Positions 29,090-36,194 of a stretch of DNA of 64,000 nt are shown piece after piece (positions within the stretch are counted from its first letter, which is position 1; every line of letters starts with the position of its first letter). The position numbers and the translations under genes were made by a program. The notes beneath the pieces were generated by a model. It did no database searches. It was given only the letters and a program-made list of their open reading frames with translations, and was not told the origin of the DNA. The stretch comes from Paragordius varius (Eukaryota; Animalia; Nematomorpha): positions 30,775 through 94,774 of the forward strand of contig CAXTSY010000004.1 in NCBI GenBank assembly GCA_964247055.1, written 5' to 3'.

Positions 29090-32000
29090 TTTCTTTTATT
29101 TAATTTTATTTTATTTTATTTTATTTTATTTTATTTTAATTTATTTTAATTTATTTTTATTTTATTTTATTTTATTTTGATTATTTTTATTTTATTTTAT
29201 TTTATTTTATTTTATTTTATTTTATTTTATTTTATTTTATTTTATTTTATTTTATTTTATTTTATTTTATTTTATTTTATTTTATTTTATTTTATTTATT
29301 TTATTTTATTTTATTTTATTTTTTTATTTTATTTTATTTTATTTTATTTTATTTTATTTTATTTTATTTTATTTTATTTTATTTTATTTTATTTTATTTT
29401 ATTTTATTTTATTTTATTTTATTTTATTTATTTTATTTTATTTTATTTTTATTTTATTTAATTTAATTTATTTTAATTTAATTTTATTTTATTTGTTTTT
29501 ATTATTTTTTATTTTATTTTATTTTATTTTATTTATTTTTATATAAATATAGTTTATTTTATTTTTATATTTAATTTATTTTTATTTTATTTTATTTTAT
29601 TTTATTTTTATATAGTTATATTTATTTTATTTAATTTAATTTAATTTAATTTTATTTTATTTTATTTTATTTATTTTTATTTTATTTTATTTTATTTTAT
29701 TTTATTTTATTTTATTTTATTTTATTTTATTTTATTTTATTTTATTTTATTTTATTTTATTTTATTTTATTTTATTTTATTTTATTTTATTTTATTTTAT
29801 TTTATTTTATTTTATTTTATTTTATTTTATTTTATTTATTTTATTTTTATTTTATTTTATTTTATTTTATTTTATTTTATTTTATTTTATTTTATTTTAT
29901 TTTATTTTATTTTATTTTATTTTATTTTATTTTATTTTATTTTATTTTATTTTATTTTATTTTATTTTATTTTATTTTATTTTATTTTATTTTATTTTAT
30001 TTTATTTTATTTTATTTTATTTTATTTTATTTTATTTTATTTTATTTTATTTTATTTTATTTTATTTTTTATTTTATTTTATTTTATTTTATTTTATTTT
30101 ATTTTATTTTATTTTATTTTATTTTATTTTATTTTATTTTATTTTTATTTTATTTTATTTTATTTTATTTTATTTTATTTTATTTTATTTTTATTTTATT
30201 TTATTTTATTTTATTTTATTTTATTTTATTTTATTTTATTTTATTTTATTTTATTTTATTTTATTTTTATTTTATTTTATTTTATTTTATTTTATTATAT
30301 TATATTTTATTTCTTTTAATTTAATTTTATTTTATTTTATTTTATTTTAATTTATTTTTATTTTATTTTTATTTTATTTTATTTTGATTTATTTTTATTT
30401 TATTTTATTTAATTTTATTTTATTTTATTTTTATTTTATTTTATTTTATTTTATTTTATTTTATTTTATTTTATTTTATTTTATTTTATTTAATTTTATT
30501 TTATTTTATTTTATTTTATTTTAATTTATTTTTATTTTTATTTTATTTTATTTTATTTTGATTTATTTTTATTTTATTTTATTTTATTTTATTTTATTTT
30601 ATTTTATTTTTATTTTATTTTATTTTATTTTATTTTATTTTATTTTATTTTATTTTATTTTATTTTATTTTATATTATTTTATTTTATTTTATATAAATA
30701 TAGTTATATTTTATTTTATTTTATTTAATTATATTTTATTTTATTTTATTTTATTTTATTTTATTTTATTTTATTTTATTTTATTTTATTTTATTTTATT
30801 TTATTTTATTTTATTTTATTTTATTTTATTTTATTTTATTTTATTTTATTTTATTTTATTTTATTTTATTTTATTTTATTTTATTTTATTTTATTTTATT
30901 TTATTTTATTTTATTTTATTTTATTTTATTTTATTTTTATTTTATTTTATTTTATTTTATTTCATTTTATTTTATTTTATTTTATTTTATTTTATTTTAT
31001 TTTATTTTATTTTATTTTATTTTATTTTTATTTTATTTTATTTTATTTTATTTTATTTTATTTTATTTTATTTTATTTTATTTTATTTTATTTTATTTTA
31101 TTTTATTTTATTTTATTTTATTTTATTTTATTTTATTTTATTTTATTTTATTTTATTTTATTTTATTTTATTTAATTTTATTTTATATAAATAAATTTAT
31201 ATTTTCTTTTATTTAATTTTATTTTATTTTATTTTATTTTATTTTATTTTAATTTATTTTAATTTATTTTTATTTTATTTTATTTTATTTTGATTTATTT
31301 TTATTTTATTTTATTTTATTTTATTTTATTTTATTTTATTTTATTTTATTTTATTTTATTTTATTTTTATTTTATTTTATTTTATTTTATTTTATTTTAT
31401 TTTATTTTATATAAATATAGTTATATTTTATTTAATTTAATTTTATTTTATTTTATTTTATTTTATTTTATTTTATTTATTTTATTTTATTTTATTTTAT
31501 TTTATTTTATTTTATTTTATTTTATTTTATTTTATTTTATTTTATTTTATTTTATTTTATTTTATTTTATTTTATTTTATTTTATTTTATTTTATTTTAT
31601 TTTATTTTATTTTATTTTATTTTATTTTATTTTATTTTATTTTATTTTATTTTATTTTATTTTATTTTTATATTATTTTATTTTATTTTATTTTATTTTA
31701 TTTTATTTTATTTTTTTTTTTATAAATATAGTTATATTTTATTTTATTTAATTTAATTTTATTTTATTTTATTTTATTTTATTTTATTTTATTTTATTTT
31801 ATTTTATTTTATTTTATTTTATTTTATTTTATTTTATTTTATTTTATTTTATTTTATTTTATTTTATTTTATTTTATTTTATTTTATTTTATTTTATTTT
31901 ATTTTATTTTATTTTATTTTATTTTATTTTATTTTATTTTATTTTATTTTATTTTATTTTATTTTATTTTATTTTATTTTATTTTATTTTAATTTATTTT

Positions 32001-32834
32001 TATTTTATTTTATTTTATTTTATTTTATTTTATTTTATTTTATTTTATTTTATTTTATTTTATTTTATTTTTATATTATTTTATTTTATTTTATTTTATT
32101 TTATTTTATTTTATTTTATATAAATATAGTTATATTTTATTTTATTTAATTTAATTTTATTTTATTTTATTTTATTTTATTTTATTTTATTTTATTTTAT
32201 TTTATTTTATTTTATTTTATTTTATTTTATTTTATTTTATTTTATTTTATTTTATTTTATTTTATTTTATTTTATTTTATTTTATTTTATTTTATTTTAT
32301 TTTATATAAATATAGTTATATTTTATTTTATTTTACTTTATTTTATTTTAATTTATTTTATTTTATTTTATTTTATTTTATTTTATTTTATTTTTATTTT
32401 ATTTTATTTTATTTTATTTTATTTTATTTTATTTTATTTTATTTTATTTTATTTTATTTTATTTTATTTTATTTTATTTTATTTTATTTTATTTTATTTT
32501 TATTTTATTTAATTTAATTTAATTTAATTTTATTTTATTTTATTTTATTTTATTATTTTTTATTTTATTTTATTTTATTTTAATTTAATTTATTTTTATT
32601 TTATTTTATTTTATTTTATTTTATTTTATTTTATTTTATTTTATTTTATTTTATTTTATTTTATTTTATTTTATTTTATTTTATTTTATTTTATTTTATT
32701 TTATTTTATTTTATTTTATTTTATTTTATTTTATTTTATTTTATTTTATTTTATTTTATTTTATTTTATTTTATTTTATTTTATTTTATTTTATTTTATT
32801 TTATTTTATTTTATTTTTATTTTATTTTATTTTA

Positions 32835-32850
32835 TTTTTATTTTATTTTA
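32835..32850 (+). repeat. Candidate target-site duplication, left copy (TTTTTATTTTATTTTA)
   Basis: Matches 36179-36194 and is anchored on the variant 6-mer TTTTTA. The match extends to 19 bp (32832-32850 vs 36176-36194). It is ambiguous because it lies in satellite. Confidence 0.55.
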
Positions 32851-33246
32851 CCCGCGTGCTCGACACCTTCAAATACAATTCTTATTACTTATAACATATA
32901 TTATAATTATCATTGTTATCTATTTATTTTCCAAGTTTATTCTATCTTTTATCAGTTTTTCTCATTCTTTCAAAAAATGCACGAAATTACCTTAGAAAAA
33001 TATTCCAATTCAATAGGATTCGTATTCTATTTTATTTCATTTTACTAATTGATATATATTTATGTATTTCTTTTTTAATTATTATTATTATTATTATATT
33101 TTTGGTTAAAATTTTTGATTCTTTTTTAGATTATTATTATTATATTTTTGGTTAAAATCTTTTGATTCTTTTTTTAGTTGCTTTATATATTAGTTACTAT
33201 ATATCTTAGTGTTTATTATCTACATTATTCTTGTATTTTTGTTTTT
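32851..33246 (+). promoter_or_regulatory. Putative 5' UTR / internal promoter region of the RTE element
   Basis: Non-satellite sequence between the left junction and the first in-frame ATG. It has a GC-rich 20-nt start followed by T-rich sequence. Promoter function is inferred only from general LINE biology. Confidence 0.5.
33084..33177 (+). repeat. Tandem duplication of 46/48 bp in the 5' UTR
   Basis: ATTATTATTATTATATTTTTGGTTAAAATTTTTGATTCTTTTTTAG (33084-33129) is followed by ATTATTATTATTATATTTTTGGTTAAAATCTTTTGATTCTTTTTTTAG (33130-33177). The copies differ by two single-base indels. Confidence 0.95.
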
Positions 33247-36132
33247 ATGAGTGTTTTTTGTAAGGCGTGCAGGCCAGACCCGGCCAGTCGCTGCACGGAG
33301 GTAGGGGCCAATAGGGATAAGGAAGGTTGTAGAATGTGTTTTGCCAGTATAAATGTTGGTTCGTTAAAAAGTAAGTTATATGATTTAGTTGAAACTATGA
33401 GGGTAAAAAAAGTAAATTTTTTGTGCATTCAGGAGACCAGATACCGTGGAAATAGTACTAAGACGTTAGAGGGTAATTATAAAATGTTTTATTCAGGTTC
33501 TACGGATGGTTACTGTGGGGTTGCCATAATAGTGTGCCCAAGATTTGCCAACCAAGTAATTGAGGTTAGACGTGCTGACAGTAGAATCATAAGTGTCGAC
33601 GTATTGTTAAATAAGAGGGTTTTTACTATCTTTAGCGTTTATGCCCCCCAGATAGGCTTAACTAAACCAGAGAAAGATAAATTTTATGATTTGTTAGACG
33701 CAGAAATGACTTCATTAACGAAAGACAGAGAAATTATATTTTGTGGTGATTTCAACGGGCACGTGGGACAAGATAGGAGAGGTTTTGAACCTTGGCACGG
33801 CGGAAAAGGTTACGGGGTTATAAATGAAGAAGGGGCTAGTTTATTAAGATTTGCCCAATCTTATAACTTTGCTATAACAAATACTTTTTTTACGAAAAGG
33901 GAGAGCCACTTAATTACCTACGAAAGTGGAAATAAGAAGTCACAAATTGATTATATTCTAGTGCCACGAAAGTCTTTAAAGTTTGTTTTGGACTGCAAAG
34001 TGATACCTAACTTGCAGATTAGCACACAACACAATTTAATTATGTGTAAATATATGACAGATATACCAATAAATGCCAAAAAGCCTAAGCCTATAGCGCC
34101 GAAGGTAATTAAATGGGATTCTCTAAGAAACAGTAAAGAAAGATTTGTAGAAACGGTAGGCATACTAGAGAGGAACAGTGATCCAGAAAGTGTTTGGTCT
34201 CAGGTGGCAAAAAATATAAGAGAGGCGGGAGTTAAGGTGTGCGGAATGAAAGGTGGCAGAAATCAGGTTTATAGAGAGGCATGGCTGAAAGACGAAAAAA
34301 TAATTCTGAAATCGCAAGAGAAAAGAAAAGCTTTTAAAACGTGGAGGTTTACCCACCAAGCAGAAGACAAGGAAAAATATAAAAGGATTAATAAGGAACT
34401 CAAAAGGCTTGTAAGATTGGTCAAAAAAGAAAAGACGGCATCATTATATGAAGAGTTGAACAGTAAGCAAGGTTTAAACAAAGTTTTTAAAATTGCTCGA
34501 CAAAGACAAAGAAGAAAGCTGGACTTGCCCCCTTATGCGACAGCCATTAAAGATAAAAAAGGCAAATTACTCGTTGAGGAAGCGAAAATATTGAAAAGGT
34601 GGAAAGAATATTTCCAGGAACTTGAATTGGGCGTCAGTGAAACAAGTTTACCCGAAACACCAGATTATAAATCTGCACATATTGAAAGTATAACAAGAGA
34701 AGAAGTCCAGGCTGGTTTAGAAGAGATGTCAATAAATAAGGCTGCAGGTCCAGACGATATTAACATAAACTGTTGGAAAATATTGTCAGGAAAAGGTATT
34801 GAATTTTTGGCAGATATTTTTAATAATGTAGTTACTACAGGTATGATACCAACCGAATGGAAGGAGAGTTTCACTGTTCCCATTTTCAAGGGTAAAGGAG
34901 ATATTAATGATTGTAATAATTACAGAGGGATAAGATTGATGTCGCATACAATGAAGTTATTTGAGAAAGTACTAGAGAAAAGAATAAGAAAAATGGTTAG
35001 TATTGAGGGTAATCAATTTGGTTTTATTCCAGGAAAATCCACCATTGACCCAATTCACGCAGTAAGAAGGCTAATCGAGAAGCATATAGAAATGAAAAAG
35101 GAGTTGCATGGTATTTGTATTGATATTGAAAAGGCGTTTGACAGAATACCTCGGAGCACAATATGGTGGAGCTTAAGACGGAAAAAGGTCCCTGAAAGTT
35201 ACATAAAGATTTTAAAAAGCATGTACGAATCACACCAAACCAAAATTAAAACACACCAGGGAATATCAGGTCCTATTACAATAAACGAAGGGGTCTATCA
35301 GGGGTCTGCAATCAGCCCGTTACTATTTATAATATGCATGGACGAAATTTCAAAAGAAGTAGGACAACATGATGGCTGGTATTTTCTTTATGCAGACGAC
35401 TTAATAGTGCTGTCCGACGAGTTGCATGAATTAAAAGAATCGGTGGGTAAATGGATGGATGTGTTACGACGATGCGGATTAAAAGTTAACAAAAAGAAAA
35501 CGGAACTGATAAATTTTGGTGGGAAAAAACGAGAAATAGAATTAGAAGAAGGGTGGGTATTAAAAGGTCAGGAAGAATGCAAATATTTAGGAGCAATATT
35601 AGCAGCTGATGGATCTTTAACACATGATATTAATTTAAGAATTCGAAATAGTTGGGCAAATTACAAAAAGATCTCAAGTGTTTTGTGCGACAAAAATATT
35701 GACCTAAAAGTAAAGGGTAAGATTTACAGTGCTGTTGTACAACCAACAATGATGTACAACTCACAGACATGGGCAATAAAGAAATCAGAAGAGAGGCACT
35801 TTGAGGTTACTGAAATGAGAATGCTTAGATTGATGTGCGGTGTAACGAGGAAAGACAAGGTGAAGAATGTCTACATAAGAGGAAGTACGGAAATCAAATC
35901 GGTAACCCAAAAGATGATGGTAAATCGTTTAAGATGGTTCGGACATGTTGAAAGAAGAGATAAAAATTACATTGGTAAAAAGATTGACGATTATATTGTA
36001 AAAGGCAAGAGGGGAAAAGGGCGCCCTAAAACGCGATGGATAGATACAGTTAAGAGGGACATGGCAAAACTGAACCTAAAACGCGAAGACGCCTTAGACA
36101 GGGTTCTATGGCGAAATAGTTTACGGATATGA
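33247..36132 (+). CDS. Endonuclease-reverse transcriptase polyprotein of the RTE element (961 aa from the first ATG; frame open from 33178)
   Basis: Uninterrupted ORF ending in TGA at 36130-36132. The track's TTG start at 33178 directly follows an in-frame TAG, and the first ATG is at 33247. APE and RT motifs occur in the canonical order. Confidence 0.92.
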   Translation: MSVFCKACRPDPASRCTEVGANRDKEGCRMCFASINVGSLKSKLYDLVETMRVKKVNFLCIQETRYRGNSTKTLEGNYKMFYSGSTDGYCGVAIIVCPRFANQVIEVRRADSRIISVDVLLNKRVFTIFSVYAPQIGLTKPEKDKFYDLLDAEMTSLTKDREIIFCGDFNGHVGQDRRGFEPWHGGKGYGVINEEGASLLRFAQSYNFAITNTFFTKRESHLITYESGNKKSQIDYILVPRKSLKFVLDCKVIPNLQISTQHNLIMCKYMTDIPINAKKPKPIAPKVIKWDSLRNSKERFVETVGILERNSDPESVWSQVAKNIREAGVKVCGMKGGRNQVYREAWLKDEKIILKSQEKRKAFKTWRFTHQAEDKEKYKRINKELKRLVRLVKKEKTASLYEELNSKQGLNKVFKIARQRQRRKLDLPPYATAIKDKKGKLLVEEAKILKRWKEYFQELELGVSETSLPETPDYKSAHIESITREEVQAGLEEMSINKAAGPDDININCWKILSGKGIEFLADIFNNVVTTGMIPTEWKESFTVPIFKGKGDINDCNNYRGIRLMSHTMKLFEKVLEKRIRKMVSIEGNQFGFIPGKSTIDPIHAVRRLIEKHIEMKKELHGICIDIEKAFDRIPRSTIWWSLRRKKVPESYIKILKSMYESHQTKIKTHQGISGPITINEGVYQGSAISPLLFIICMDEISKEVGQHDGWYFLYADDLIVLSDELHELKESVGKWMDVLRRCGLKVNKKKTELINFGGKKREIELEEGWVLKGQEECKYLGAILAADGSLTHDINLRIRNSWANYKKISSVLCDKNIDLKVKGKIYSAVVQPTMMYNSQTWAIKKSEERHFEVTEMRMLRLMCGVTRKDKVKNVYIRGSTEIKSVTQKMMVNRLRWFGHVERRDKNYIGKKIDDYIVKGKRGKGRPKTRWIDTVKRDMAKLNLKREDALDRVLWRNSLRI
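33334..34060 (+). other. Apurinic/apyrimidinic-type (EEP family) endonuclease domain
   Basis: Motifs: NVG (33352), QET (E at 33433), SVYAP, GDFNGH (33745-33762), QIDY (33943) and TQH (H at 34030, in place of SDH). Confidence 0.9.
34738..35592 (+). other. Non-LTR reverse transcriptase domain
   Basis: Motifs: KAAGPDDI, PIFKGKGD...NYRGIRL, QFGF..GKST, IDIEKAFD, GVYQGSAISPLLF, YADD (35389-35400), GLKVNKKKTE and KYLG (35581-35592). Confidence 0.95.
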
Positions 36133-36156
36133 CCGCTCGAAAGAGTGATATCATAT
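36127..36156 (+). promoter_or_regulatory. 3' terminal RNA stem-loop with GAAA tetraloop (candidate RT recognition element)
   Basis: CGCTC-GAAA-GAGTG (36134-36147) forms 5 bp including one G-U pair. It is enclosed by ATATGA (36127-36132) pairing with TCATAT (36151-36156). Confidence 0.65.
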
Positions 36157-36162
36157 AATGTA

Positions 36163-36180
36163 ATTATTATTATTATTATT
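36163..36180 (+). repeat. (ATT)6 microsatellite 3' tail of the retrotransposon
   Basis: ATTATTATTATTATTATT lies 30 nt after the stop codon and grades into TTTTA. RTE elements typically end in short tandem repeats rather than poly(A). Confidence 0.85.
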
Positions 36181-36194
36181 TTTATTTTATTTTA
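36179..36194 (+). repeat. Candidate target-site duplication, right copy
   Basis: TTTTTATTTTATTTTA directly follows the (ATT)n tail and is identical to 32835-32850. Confidence 0.55.

Larger units (their letters stand above)
1..32850. repeat. (TTTTA)n pentanucleotide satellite array, left arm, with interspersed variant motifs and higher-order repeat structure
   Basis: Continuous TTTTA units on the + strand. Recurring variants include ATATAAATATAGTTATAT, TTTAATTTAA, AATTCATTTGATT, TTTTG, TTTTAC, TTCTA and TTTTTA. The array ends abruptly at 32850, before CCCGCGTGC. Confidence 0.98.
32851..36180 (+). mobile_element. Non-LTR retrotransposon (LINE), RTE clade, apparently full length or nearly so
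   Basis: This is the only non-satellite block. It has an approximately 0.4 kb AT-rich 5' region, a single EN+RT ORF, a very short 3' UTR and an (ATT)6 tail. There are no LTRs, gag/ORF1, RNase H or CCHC knuckle. The N-terminal 'SINVGSL..K..DL...M...KV.FLC.QET' and C-terminal 'RLRWFGHVERR...RGKGRPK.RW.D.V..D' patterns are characteristic of RTE-clade proteins. Confidence 0.93.

Noticed and set aside
32913-33155. 80-aa + strand ORF as a possible ORF1/gag
   Set aside because: It has a TTG start, low-complexity hydrophobic composition from T-rich DNA, and no zinc knuckle or RRM. RTE elements normally lack a true ORF1.
34021-34035. Endonuclease SDH motif appearing as TQH, a possible inactivation
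   Set aside because: The catalytic His is retained, and QH at this position is, to my knowledge, common in RTE-type endonucleases. It is not evidence of a dead enzyme.
33225-35233. Short minus-strand ORFs inside the element
   Set aside because: They are 64-74 aa antisense shadows of the RT ORF with no recognisable motifs.
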